Below, in pieces: positions 36,666 to 49,429 of a stretch of DNA of 64,000 nucleotides. The stretch covers positions 186,001 through 250,000 of the forward strand of contig NIVC01001445.1 in assembly GCA_002269645.1 (NCBI GenBank), in the 5' to 3' direction. Each line of letters begins with the position of its first letter. The stretch's first letter is position 1. Origin of the DNA: Macrostomum lignano. Taxonomy: Eukaryota. The translations under genes and the position numbers were made by a program. A model generated the notes under the pieces. The model was not told where the DNA came from, searched no databases, and worked only from the letters and a program-made list of their open reading frames with translations.

Positions 36666-39069
36666 TAGTTTACAGTTAGTCTTTAAATCAGTTCTTTTGT
36701 CTTTTTTTCTAATTTTGCAGAAAAGTAGGCGACACCTGGACAGAATCAGTCCTGTGGTTTCTGCAGACGTCTTTGGTCGGCTATCCATCAACGTCGATCA
36801 AACTGCAACACTATAGGGAGGCTAACCATAAAAGAAAGGCATAGGGACTTTCCGTGGCTAGTCAGACTCGGTGCTGATGTTTTTATAAATTCCATAGCAT
36901 ACTGTCTAATTTAACTCATTATTCCTTAATTGTATGCAGGCATGTAGGGTTAAACTTTACATGGAGTTTTAGATACTTACTGTAATGTAACAATAGCACC
37001 ATGTACATGTAAATTTTACCCGACTATAACTGTAGTGGTATTTTACTTAGGTGTCTGTTTATTAATCAAAATTGCCTTGCCAGACAAAAAATATAATGAA
37101 GAATTCGTTTTCCCTTATTTTGTTCAGAGAGCAGCTATGTTAAACTTGTTGTAAAAAAGGTGTTTGCGCATGAATGCTTTTATTTATGTACTTCATTAGC
37201 GCACCTGCTAAATAGCTAATTAGCTATTAATTTTATCGAGATTCGACGCCTAGCTCACCGGTTTACTTTAAAGAGAGCAATTATTAAGAGGTCTTTGCTC
37301 ACTGTCTTCCGCTAAAGAAGAAGACATAACAAATACATTGGCTAGCTCGTACAATGTCACACATGTCACGGATATAAGGAGATCTTTCACATATACTTTC
37401 AAGTTTCACCCATGCAGGCACAACAGCAATTGCATGTACTTTTGGCCTTAATATACCACAGAATTTCTATCCAATGTATTTTATCTATCTAACTCTGCGT
37501 ATCTAATGAAATGCGTGGAAATATTGAAATAACAATTGCCAACGAAAGTGTCCAACAATTAGCTAATGGTCACAGAAATGGTAGAACAATGCTACTTGCA
37601 CCTGTTACATGTATGTATTTCAGCCACTATTTTAACTCAGCTAACATGTGCCTTAGAAACAACTAACAATCAGCGCCGCCACTGAGGAGTGAACAAAGAA
37701 TTCAATAATTTTTTTCTAAATAAAGTACATGTATCTTCTGGTCTCTCAGCTTTTACTCGTACATTTCAGAAATTTCTTCCGTAAACCTTGACACCGAAGA
37801 AATACCCCCGTAAGCCTCGACATCTCAGCGATTCCCCAAAGCATCTTTAATGTTCGGCATGACGCTTCTTTTATTCTGACATGACGCTTCTTTATGTTTG
37901 ACAAACGCTTCTTTTATGTTTTTTCTTTTCCTTGAGTTTTCTTCAAAATGAAAAAAGCATTTAATATAAAAAGTTGACACTTAAATTTGAACCCAGGTCG
38001 CTGCATTAGCAGTTCAGTCTGTTCACTTCTTAAGGCCCATTCACACCGCCATCAAATGAGGCCAGTTTTCGAGTGATCACACAAAATTTCAGTTAATGAT
38101 TAACGAATCTTTGACAATCACCTCAGTTTTCACGCCAACTGACTTTTACGAGTGATCGCAAGCGTTCACACTGCAATCAACTGACATATACTGAGAAGAA
38201 TGACTGGGCTGTGGTTTAGAGGAGGGTGACGCAAGTTTTCCAATTTGTTGCGCGAGCAATACTGTGCGCACATATCTCCAGCTGAGCTCAAAATCGTACA
38301 TATTTTCAGCACGTTTGAGAAAACTATTTTGTGCTTTGAATTCAATACCAGTGTACAGTCTGTATCAGTGTACAAAGGCCAGTGCTCTTATTGATATAAC
38401 TGGCGTGAGATAACGAAAAACCTAGCACCTAAACTTTTCCGATCGTCCTTTTTCCTGGTATACTCAGCAACAATTAAAAGTTCCACCCCACTAAGCGAGA
38501 TGATTTTTTCACTTATTGCGAGTGACGCAACCTACGGCACGCGCAAAGCTTATTGCCGCTTGGGGGTGGCTTGGGTCTGCTTAATGGTCCAGGCCTGGAC
38601 ATTGACAAGCATTTCACTACCCAATAACACGCACGCGGGATGCGTGCTATTGTCCATATAGACAAAAACATTAGTTTAACGAGTTTATTAGATGACCCAA
38701 ATATTAATCATTAAATGAATATTTTTAAATTTATTATTATAAGTTATAAACAACAACTACTTATAGCATGAACATGAGGGGGGAATGTCTAAAGCCATAG
38801 TTTCTCTCGAAGAATTAGTCTTTTTGATAGATACGCCTTACTCAAACACAATGTTAAACAAATTGTTGTTGCCGTCAATGCTAACACGAATATTCTTGGT
38901 CGGACAGGCCTCGATATGAACTGGCCGAGGAACCGGTTCGTCATCACTTGCGCGCAGACAGTAGAACTGATAGAGCCGCTCGCATTAGCAGAGAAAGACG
39001 CCTCATTGGACGGCATTGACATTGTGCTTGTGCTTGGAATATGCCGGCTTAGTGCACAGTTCACTGCCT

Positions 39070-39400
39070 TGGAACTCCTGAACGGACTGCGGTCCCGGCG
39101 CCTGGTTAAATACCTTTTGACCGTCTTTTCACATTTCTGGCCGGTAATAAGCATTATGTCTTGCAGCGAATGGCCAGCGGCGACTAGATCGCACACTCAA
39201 GTGACTCTGTGGGAGAATCAAAGGAAAGTAATTTTATATGAACTATTTAAAACTAGCTCGTATTTATATACCATATCGGAAAACGAAATTGACTTACCTA
39301 ATACAGTGATTAGTGTAGACCTTGCTTAGACCGGCCTTCGCACTCAGATTCTTCATAAATTCTTGAAGGAATCGATATCCTCGAGCGGTCTTCTCGGAGA
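39070..39400 (-). pseudogene. Crypton-type tyrosine recombinase C-terminal relic with a spliceosomal intron
   Basis: Splicing the 91-nt intron 39207-39297 (gtaagt..cccacag) gives FMKNLSAKAGLSKVYTNHCIR|VT*VCDLVAAGHSLQDIMLITGQKCEKTVKRY, which matches the YR box II pattern NHxxR..TGH..Y; in-frame TGA at 39197-39199. Confidence 0.8.
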
Positions 39401-39769
39401 AACGGTACGGTTTTCAGGTTGTCCTTGAAGAGGCTTCGGAAAAAACGATAGCGAAGCGCAGGGCCTAAACGGGTATATTTATTCAAATATACTGGAGGGG
39501 GGTGCAAGATAAGACAGGGGTGGGGTGGTTTCCGCAACTGAGGAAAGAGGTGAGAACTGAGAGCCAATCAGAAGGCAGCGAGGGAGAGATAAATGACATA
39601 ACAAAATTGAACTAGACAGATTCTACTGAGACTGCGTGTTATTGTCTTTCTCGATCATAAACAACTAGCCTATTTGGAAACACTAGTCAATGCACTTTTC
39701 TGCAGTCGGGATGCATGATATCGGTATAACACGCGAGCGCCGGTACCATTAAGCAGACCCAAGCCCAGG

Positions 39770-40078
39770 AACAACGCCCCGCCACACCAAGCCGATGCTG
39801 TTAGTCAACTGAAGGAACAGCTACAGCTGCGCACTCTGCGCTGGCCTTCCCGGTCCCCAGACATGGATCCCATCGAGCATGTCTGGGACTTCCTAAAACG
39901 TAGCATTCGAAAAGAGCTCTCCATAGAATGTTGCGGAGAGCTCTGCGTCATGCCATTGAAAACGCTTCGGAGCGGCTTCCCCAGGGACTTTCTGCGCCGC
40001 CTCATCATTGGGATGCCACGCAGAGTCGTCGCACTTCTGCGTGCGAGGGGATCCGACACGCATCACGATTCTAACTGA
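39770..40078 (+). pseudogene. Tc1/mariner (DD34E) transposase C-terminal relic
   Basis: NNAPPH..WPSRSPDMDPIEHVWDFLKR..LIIGMPRRVVALLRARG; 34 residues lie between the second-D position (now N) and E. Confidence 0.85.
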
Positions 40079-40938
40079 ATATTGCATAAAAATTTATGAT
40101 TTTACTACAAGTATTGATAGTCAATCAACTTTCCCTTCCTCGCGGCGGCTTAGTTGCGTAACTTGAGGGTTGAATTGTGAGTGTAAAGTTGTCGCAATTT
40201 GGAGGGTGGAACTTTTGACTGTTGCTGAGTATATATGTGAAAAATTCAACATGCACATCAATTTGGTTAGAGTAAAAGTCACAGAAAGCAGTTATGACGT
40301 GATCGATTTCTCTGTCAGTCAGAATCAATCTATTAAAGTTAACAATTGGTTACGAAATCTTGATCAAGTCTTGTGCATGCTTTGCTTCCTTACTGTTTTC
40401 AACCTGATTTGATGCAAAGTAGTCAGTGCACCGCAGACAATTGCAGCTATTGTGAACTGATGTCATTCAAAGAGGGACTCGATTTAAACATCTAGTTGGC
40501 CTGCAGCAAACCTGCAGCTCATCACAAAAGTTAAGGAGGGAGAATAAAGGCCGATCTCAAACTTGCAGCTTCGCTTGACGCAACTAAAAACGAGACGTTC
40601 CATCCCGACTTCGCTCTTTGGGGTGTCTGGAAATACATGCTCGTGCCAGGGGAGATTGCATTGCATTATTTCTTATTTCTAGATCAAAAGCAATTCCGAC
40701 ACCTTCGTTGCAGGGTTACGGATAGCCAACAAAAATGTGACCGTCTGTATGATCAAGCAGTGCTGGCATCGAGTTGGACTGCAAAGCCTTCGGCAACCGA
40801 CTGTTGACTACGAGATATGATGCAAAACTAGGAAATTACAGTTTTTTTAATACTCGTATAAATACATGACGCTGTCAACATCTCAAGCTTTTTACGGTTT
40901 CAATATTTTATTCAATAATTAAATTTTTAGTCATTAAA

Positions 40939-41057
40939 GGGTCGTACTATAAAGCTGTCGTAGCGTAAGTTCGATCGTACGTCGGAACTTTTACACTGCG
41001 GAGAGAGGAGCTATATAAGAACGATCTTATCTTACGATGGCTTTATAGAACGGGCCC
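40939..41057. mobile_element. 119 bp MITE, PIF/Harbinger-like
   Basis: Imperfect ~35-bp TIRs (gggtcgtactataaagc.. / ..gctttatagaacgggccc), flanked by AAA on both sides. Confidence 0.5.
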
Positions 41058-43805
41058 AAAGTGTTGAACTGATTCATATACATGTAGAATCTTTCATCGC
41101 ATACAGTGTATAGCGTTTAAGATCACAGCACAAAAATACCTCCTCGCACCTGATAAAGTACGTAGTAGCTATAAGGAATACTTCGGGCCCAAAGTGCCTA
41201 AAAATCAATTTGCAGAGATGGATGAAACTGGACACAATAAAGAGAGCCTCAAAGAAATCTGGGTTATCAAGAATCTTACGTTCGCCCACTGGACGAGTGG
41301 CAACAAGCCCCGTGACCAATGGCTGCCCACCAACTTCTCGCTCCCGCCAGACACACCGCTTCCAGCTGAGGAGGACTTCTGCACCAGCCCAGCGCCGCGC
41401 TATCTGACACACCCTGACCGCTTGACTCGGGTTATTGGGTTGCATATTTTGTTCTGTTATTGCTTTTAATCTGGTCACTGTTAGACCTCTTAGTTGGTCC
41501 AATGAAAAAACTGAAAGGTTCGACTCGACAGCTCTCTTTTTAGCCCATCTCTGGGTCCTCTTTCTTTGTCCCTTCATGCCGCAGCTCTCTTTAGCCGTCG
41601 CCAAATCAGTACGGTACGCGCGTAGTAGAAAAAAAGTCATCAAGAACTTAATTCGCAAGTATTAATATAAGTCAAGCACAAGTACTGCATACATGTATGT
41701 AACAGTCACGCGCTCTTTTTGCACATGCAGTTGTCAATGTTATACACACGGTCTCAACAGGGTAAATAAGAGCTGTGTATTATTCTTATCAACATTATGA
41801 TCTACCAGTGACGATTTTATAAATTCACACTTTCGATTGTACATGCATGCATGTATGCATGATCGTGAATGACGTGAAAGTCCTACACTGCGGGCCATCA
41901 CAGTATTCGTATTAACTATACGCCACTGTAAAACTGTATCGTTAATAAATATATGACAAAGAAGTGAACTATGCCTTCCAAATTTTTTCCAGTAGTCATA
42001 TGCTTGTTATATTTGTAGAATAAAGTCTGCTTTCACGGCAATATGTTCATCAATACGAGCGAGTAAGATAATTTCCTGCGATGTTTAGCATGCTGAATTA
42101 CTCGGCAATGTAGGCGTACACACCAACTTCGGCGATATTGTGCGCGTAATTACTGGATTCAGTTTCAGCAATCACCAGATATTTTATATCCGCACCAAAG
42201 CAATCGTACAGTGAGTACTGAGGAAGAATATCAGCGCTGGTTTTACAACTACTAATAAAGTTTTTTTCAGAATCTAATAGTGTGAATTCTAACAAAGGGA
42301 CAGCAGAAGAGCCAGAGTTATTTCTTTTGCGCCAGATGATAAACCCTCTCACAGTTGCCGCTTTGTCCAGTCTGTACTGCAAATAGGATAATTTATCAGG
42401 TCCTCCAGCTCCATACCGGCTTCCAAAATTGATTGCTCCGTATGTGCTCACATCGTTATCAACAGTTCTTTCACATTTGTCAAAGCTCGCATCCCACTTC
42501 ATGGGCAACTTGGCTGAAAAAAGATAGGATAAGCAAAAAGCCAAACAAAAGTAATAAACAAACTCTGGAAAGCGCAATTACTTACGGTGACATTTCCCCG
42601 TGCCAAAGGTAGTGCCAGAGTCAGGGCACAGGTCACAATGCGCCATTCCAATGCGGTGTCTCAGGGCGAAGTTCAAATCGCAATCGTGGCGTTTTTGGGA
42701 ACCGGATTCGCTAGCGTAGTTGCCAGCGGGACATTTCGAGCACTCGCTGCTGCCTGGGTTAAAAGAGAAAGTGCCTGCTGGGCACAAAGTGCAGTTGGCA
42801 GCGTTTCCAAGTGAGAATGAGCCTCCTTTGCACAGCTCACATGCTGTGGAGCCTGCGTTACTCCAGCTTCCTGCAAGGCACTGGCTGCAGTTTTTTGGAG
42901 TGCATTTGGTCGGCAAAGCTCCCAGCAGGGCACGGGGTGCAAGACGCTGACCCAGCGCGACTGGAATAGCTGCCTTCGAAACACGAAGTGCAATTTATCG
43001 ATCCCGCGCTGGGAGTGAACGAGCCTGCAGGGCATTTGGCGCAAGGGATGCCCTCGACTGGACTGAACTCGCCCCTCTTGCAGTTGTTGGCGCAGCTCAC
43101 TGAGCCCTCAGCACTCGACGTTCCAGCAGGGCAAGCAGTGCAGGATTTCTGACCTGGCTTGTCGGCGAAGAACCCCGCAGAGCACAACTGGCACTGCGTC
43201 TGTCTCTCTGCTTTATTGAACTGTCCGGCTGGACATGGAGTGCACTCCGTTTGACCTCGCTGAGCTGCGAACAAGCCGGCACTGCAGGCCGCACACGAAG
43301 CAGATCCGTTAAACCTGCTCGCTGTTCCAACATGGCACTGCTGGCACTGTACCGATCCTGGCTTGGAAGCGAAATTTCCTGGACTGCAGAGCATGCAATT
43401 CACAGTCGTGTTTGATGCAGAAAAACTTCCAGGAGCGCATGGCAAGCAGTTATGATTTCCCGTTGTGTTCTTAAAAGTATCTGATTGGCAGGGCACACAC
43501 AGATTTTCCTTGCTGTCACTCAGTTGGTAGCCAACTGGACACTCTGTCAAGAACTGCACTGTCCTGACTCTCCTGCCCCCAATCGAATTCCACAATTCAA
43601 CGCGCACATTGCGACACTGGAAGCAGCTGGTGTCATCTTTTGCTAAATTGCAGTCGATGCACTCTTTGTGACAATCCAGGATGAAGTGACCATCAATGAT
43701 CTTGTAGTTATTGTTCAAACACTCCACCTGCGGCATGTCCTTGGTGAGGTGAATATCCATCAGCGACACAGACTTTGAGCCCGCTCCGAACGTGTAGAAA
43801 GACAG

Positions 43806-46198
43806 TGTTGTACTCTATTCTACCTTGCGCCCTGCGCCCTTGTCAATTTGTAATGTACATCAAACTAATGTACATCCACAATACTCAAGTGCACGTTGCT
43901 CTCGGAGCGAACCCTTAGACTTCAAATATATAAATCGCATTCAATGCCCAAATAGGGGCTAACTTCTTATTCAGCAAATTCTACTGGCCTCGCGTCGATT
44001 ACTACATTGGCGTCGCAAGCAAAGCAATGGCTGTCCAACTGCAACTGCCCCCACCCGAGCCATTTGTTGCCAACTGCGAACCTCACACTCTCGCTTCGCG
44101 CTGGGAAGACTGATCATCGCAATTCTTGTGCTTCATCCAGGCCGCAGGAATCAAGGACCCCGCGCAACAGAGGCAAGTTCTACTCTACACTGGCGGCAAA
44201 GAGCTGGCCGAACTGTACAAACAGCTGAGCAACACCGGAGACACCATCGAGTCACTCATCAAGTCATTTAAGGACCACTTCACCAGTCGCAAAAGTATCG
44301 TGTTCTCCAGGTATGAATTCCGAAACTGCGTGCAGCAGCCTGAACAGAGCATTGACAAGTGGGTCAGCCGACTGTACAAGGCAGCAGAAAGCTGCGACTT
44401 CAGGGATCTGCGGGACTCCCTCATCCGCAATCAGATCGTCGCCGGGTGCCACTCAGAACAGCTCAGACAACGGCTGCTCCAGACTGCCAACATCGGCCTC
44501 CAGGAGGTGCTGCAACTTTGCCGGGTCTATGAAGCTGCAAAATACCAATCAGCCGCTATGGAGTCGCATCGCGAAGAGGCTGTCAATCATGTGGGGCGCT
44601 CAAGAGGTGAGCAAATCGACAGGCCAGCCTTCAGACCCAACAATCGGCAAACGTGCTACCGATGCGGCGAATTCGGGCACCGAAGTTGCGATGCGGCCGT
44701 AGGGAAAACCTGCAGCATCTGCAACAAACCTGGACATATTGTCAAGGCCTGCATGTCCAAGCGAAACTCAAGAGACCGCGTGCACATCCTCGATGATCAA
44801 AGGCGGCAGGACCCGGAGAGCTTCAGCAGTCTACCGAGCGACGATGAGGTGTTCTGTCTGGCTACAGACAAACTGCCGCTGCTGACAGTCTCAATCAACG
44901 GCCAGCGGCTGGAAGCTCTCGTCGACAGCGGCGCCAGTTGCAATGTCATCGACATGGCGACCTTTCAGGAGATCAAGACTGGTAAGACGCCACTTCGGCT
45001 GCCAGCAAGGCGGCTTTATCCTTTCGGCTCTCGGTCGCCCCTGGAAACTGCCGGCAGGGCTAAGCTCCTGGTCAGCGTCGGCGGCTCGAAGGACATGGTC
45101 GACTTTACAGTGGTGCGCAACCAGGGCGTCACCATCCTGGGGAGGGCGACGAGTGAGAAATTCGGCGTATTGCGAGTTGGGCCAAAAAGAAAGACGCACA
45201 TCGGCAGAATTGGCAGCGCTGGCGGAATCGAAGCAGCTGAACTTGAGTGTCCGGAGAGCTACTCCGCGAATCTTCCAACTGACCAACTCGGTCAAGCGTT
45301 CAACTACCACCGAACAGAAGTTTTAACAGCCAAACCGTCGCTATCCACGCTACCGAAGTCGGCATGGTCGATCATCAGTGTCGATTTTATCGGGCCCGTC
45401 AACGGTCGGCATTTCCTTTTGATCGTGGACCAGCACTCGCGCTACCCCATCATCGTAGCAATGAAGTCGATTACAGCTGTAGGCACGATCAATCAGCTGA
45501 AACAGATCTTCGCTATGTTCGGTATTCCGAAGCAAATCATGACCGGCAGCGGTCGGCCATTCTCTTCGGAAGCATTCATCCAATTCGTCACCAGTCACCG
45601 GATCGGTCACGACCGCATCAAGATGCTGCATCCAGAGGCCCAACGCATCACAGAGGACATGAAGCGGCTCCTAAACAATCTGCTCCGCTCCTCCAGCGCC
45701 CAAGGAGCCGCCTGGAGTGTTGCGCTGCGAGACTGGCTCGCCGCGTACCGCAGGACCCCAAACATCGACACGGGAGCCGCGCCAGCTGATCTGCTGTTCA
45801 GGAGACCGGTCCATCACTGCGGCCCAGAGACTGGCTAACCAGCGGAGGCCGAGGCTACTATCGCCGATCGTACGCTGTGTTCATTCAACATAGGACAAGT
45901 CACGAGCTTTAATTATTTAACTCATGCGAATACGAGCCTATTTTAAGTGCACTTTCCTTCTTTTTAATTTCCTTCAAAAATTCGTGTAGGGGAAACATGT
46001 TGTACTCTATTCTACCTTGCGCCCTGCGCCCTTGTCAATTTGTAATGTACATCAAACTAATGTACATCCACAATACTCAAGTGCACGTTGCTCTCGGAGC
46101 GAACTCTTAGACTTCAAATATATAAATCGTATTCAATGCCCAAATAGGGGCTAACTTCTTATTCAGCAAATTCTACTGGCCTCGCGTCGATTACTACA
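43806..46198 (+). mobile_element. Young non-autonomous Ty3/Gypsy LTR element (2.4 kb) lacking RT and RNase H
   Basis: 201-bp TG..CA LTRs at 43806-44006 and 45998-46198, differing at two C/T positions. PBS-like TGGCGTCGCAAGC at 44008; purine tract before the 3' LTR. ACAG on both flanks (43802-43805; 46196-46199, overlapping the LTR end). Confidence 0.93.
44027..45838 (+). CDS. Gag (two CCHC knuckles)-aspartic protease-degenerate integrase fusion, with one premature TGA at 44111
   Basis: ATG at 44027 is in frame with ORF 44126-45838 (RWED*SSQF). Knuckles CYRCGEFGH and CSICNKPGHIVKAC; protease ALVDSGASCNVI; integrase WSIISVDFIGP..VDQHSRYP..FGIPKQIMTGSG (SDNG changed to TGSG). No YxDD motif. Confidence 0.88.
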
Positions 46199-48140
46199 GG
46201 CGGCTGTACTGGCTGTCCGGTCGGAACTTGTACCCAGAGTAGACAGTGCCGATCTCGCTGTTCGAGCCCGCCTTACCGAACTGCATTAGAACTGATCCAT
46301 TGGCCTGATTCACACACAAGAAGTAGGACTGGTACAGGTTCTTGTCTCCAAGTGTCCCCATTCCCTTCTGATAGTCTCTCTTTTGCGGTTTCATTGCTTT
46401 GTAGAATGTCATTCCCGCTAGAACTGTGAGACTCTTGATTACGTTCATTTCTTGTGCTCCTGTACTGACTGTCGGACTTTGCACTGCTCGATTTTGTCGT
46501 AGTCTTTTTTCTTTCCACCAAAACCCAAAAAGCCCGTCCGAGTGGTTTTCTGAGAATATTTTGACTGCAGCGATGAAAACATTGACTGGAACTCGGTCCC
46601 AGCCAGACTGGCAAACTCTTCCGACGACGCAAACTTTTTTGTCTTTGCTCTCTTTGTGATTTTTAGCTGACCGCCGAACTTTCCAGACCGGATAAAATGC
46701 GTGCCCCAGCGTAGCAGAAAGTCTTGAAATTTGCTGGCAGCGCCCACTGAAGAGTATGACTCTGGAAGACTCATGTAGTCTCTGAGCGCAGCGAAGTTGA
46801 TGTCATTAGGCTTCACATCATCCAGTGAAATTTTGTACATGATTACACTCACATACATGATGGCAAAGAAATCGTCAGTAGAACCTTGTTTTCTTGCAGC
46901 CTGGGAATACTGTGAATTTATTGAGGCTGATTGACTGCTAGTGGTTGATGACGAGCTGCCAGAGCTTTCTCCTGACCCAGATGAAAGCGAGCCACCCACC
47001 GCGCCACCAAGCGTCGCTCCCAAGGCCGCTCCCGCAGGCCCACCCGCTATGGCTCCAATAGCACCAACGACGATTCCACCTATCGCACCGAGATTGAACC
47101 CAGACGCCTCAGAAGTGCTGTGCTGGCGAGCCTCGCTCAAGAACAAATTTCGCTGCTCTGATAGACCGGCTTTGTCCCTGATGTAGCTCATGTACTCGTC
47201 CGCAGACCGGAACGACTTGGTCTCAGCTGTGGTCTCGAAGATGCCAAACACGTTCATCGTGTCGGGCACGTCCTTGTCCAGGAAGGTGGCCATGCTGGAG
47301 CAGTAGCGCTGCACCAGACTGGCTTTGAGGCTCGCGATCTTGTAGAATCCTCGTCCGTCGAAGCCGACGCCGATGTACGCGGCAGCGTCCAGGAGCTTCA
47401 TGCAGATTGTATTGCCCTTGCCAGGAACCTTGCTGGAGTAGCACTTGCTAGTCTTGGGATATGATGCACCTGTGTACCCATTCATCAACACCGGACCAAC
47501 TCCCATTGGATAGACATAGACGGGCATCTTGTCTTTTGCCTCTTCCTTCTTTTTGTCAGGCTCACCCACGGTCTCCGTCATCACCCAACCCGAAGGCTGT
47601 TAGTTGGAGAATCCGTTGAAGCCCTGCTCGGCCTGCAGACTGATGGATCTCGTGCCTGCTTTCTGCGTCTTTGCCGAGCGCTCTTTCAGCATGTTCTTTA
47701 GAATTTCCTTGGTGATGAGTGGGGTGGCTTGACCGTCAGTTGATTGCGTGAGATCATCCAGCAAGTCCTTGGTCTTCTTGTCTGAGTTGCTGATTGCGTT
47801 TGCAATCGCGTCTACAGCCGGACCGTACTGCTCCAGGGCGTTGGCATCGACAGTCTTGCTGGTGTCTTTCTCTGCAGCTTCAACTTGAAATCCAAGCAAT
47901 GCAATTGCGATCACTGCAGCCAGACAGGCGTGAATTTTCGAAGCCAGCAATTTGCTTCAGACGGTAGTAAAACTGGAATGGTTTTGACGCTTCTTGAATC
48001 AGTTCGAGTCGGTTCTGGGGGGGGGGGGGGTTGATAGAAAATATGAAAGTGTGCATTATCCACTAATATATTAAATTTTTGAAGTGCTAAAATACGCTCG
48101 TATTTGAACAATTAACTGTGAGGTGCTTAGAAAGATAGAG

Positions 48141-48415
48141 GAAGCCGATGGAAGGAGAGCGATGGGGAGGAGAGGGATGGGGAGGAGAGGGATGGGGAGG
48201 AGAGGGATGGGGAGGAGAGGGATGGGGAGGAGAGGGATGGGGAGGAGAGGGATGGGGAGGAGAGGGATGGGGAGGAGAGGGATGGGGAGGAGAGGGATGG
48301 GGAGGAGAGGGATGGGGAGGAGAGGGATGGGGAGGAGAGGGATGGGGAGGAGAGGGATGGGGAGGAGAGGGATGGGGAGGAGAGGGATGGGGAGGAGAGG
48401 GATGGGGAGGAGAGG
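48141..48415. repeat. 15 bp perfect minisatellite (gatggggaggagagg)
   Basis: About 18 copies. Confidence 0.97.
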
Positions 48416-49429
48416 GAGAAAAATAAATGCCCGTGTGCCAGTCAGTCGCTAGGTGAGCAATGCTACCAGCTGCTTTTGCACGCGTCGACACAAAACCGAC
48501 CTCATTCGAATTAAAGAATAAGAAATGATTTAAATTTGCTTAAATTCTGGAACTACCACGCCAGGAAACTATATGTAGGTGTTATTTAAAATTCAAAAAT
48601 CAATATATAATCGTTGACATCCATAGCCAATACTTAGCGATTTGAGTGCAGCCAGGATTCAATACGGCTCAGCCTGAGAAGGAAAAGGGAGATCAGAATA
48701 AGAGTGAGGCGGACACTTCAAATACAATCTTACTGAGTTATTTAAACAGAATGAAAATAGTAGCAGGGTATTGCTTAGAGTCATTAAGATTCAAATGCCT
48801 CTGAAGAAAAGCATCTGAATAATATGCTAAAGCAGGAGCGTCACAGAGCACAGAGGAAGCTATGTGGGTTTAGCACAACACATAGCTCTGCACAGCCCAT
48901 CTCGAGTGCAAGTGCAGCAAAATGAGAGCCAAAGCAGAACAGAAGCCTTCCACCACAGACAAATCAGTGACACCACAACAGGTTCTCATTGAGTTCTCAA
49001 CTCTGGAGCAGAGTCGGCAAACTCCGGCTTGCGGGCCACACGCGGAACTGGAAGCGTCTGTATCAGGCCCCTCGGGTCCTTTGAAATTTCACGATAGCAA
49101 TCCTTCCCCTCGAGATTTGTGTCTCAGCTCTCTATTTTCTGTCTTCTCTCTCCTCCCTCCTCTCTTCTCTCCTCCTCTCTTTTCTCTCCTCTCTCCCCTC
49201 TGCCTATCTCACCTCTCACTCATTTTTCATCTCCTCTTTCCTCCCTTATCACCCTTCCCTTTCTCCTTTCTCCTCTCTTTTTTCCTTTTATTTTCTACTT
49301 TTACTCTCATCCAATTTAAGGGTTTGCTTTTCCAATATCATAAATAATGCCTACGAACTGCGAAGGTGACTATGAGTACTCGTATAATGAACAAAATTAA
49401 TTTCCTGTAAGTGTTTGTGCAGTCTTAAA

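Larger units (their letters stand above)
42098..47950 (-). pseudogene. Secreted MACPF-domain protein with furin-like and GCC2/GCC3 (ephrin-receptor-like) Cys-rich repeats and a C-terminal discoidin/fucolectin-like domain; disabled
   Basis: Signal-peptide-like N-terminus (starting at TTG); MACPF signature WGTHFIRSGKFGG; repeated C..C..G.F/Y units at 42590-43560; GT-AG intron at 42514-42585. Lesions: TAA at 47600-47602, frameshifts near 46500, 43040 and 42900, and an LTR insertion at 43806-46198. Confidence 0.85.

Noticed and set aside
37980-38035. B-box-like gggttcaaat on the minus strand
   Set aside because: Too degraded to call; at most an old SINE head.
38035-38381. Harbinger-like ends ggcccattcacac / gtgtacaaaggcc
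   Set aside because: Weak TIR match and no matching TSD.
41101-41469. Open frames of 91-194 aa on both strands
   Set aside because: No recognisable motif, start context or splice structure.
49085-49320. CT-rich tract as an extension of the inverted arm (versus the GA-rich 63660-64000)
   Set aside because: Similar composition only; no colinear alignment.
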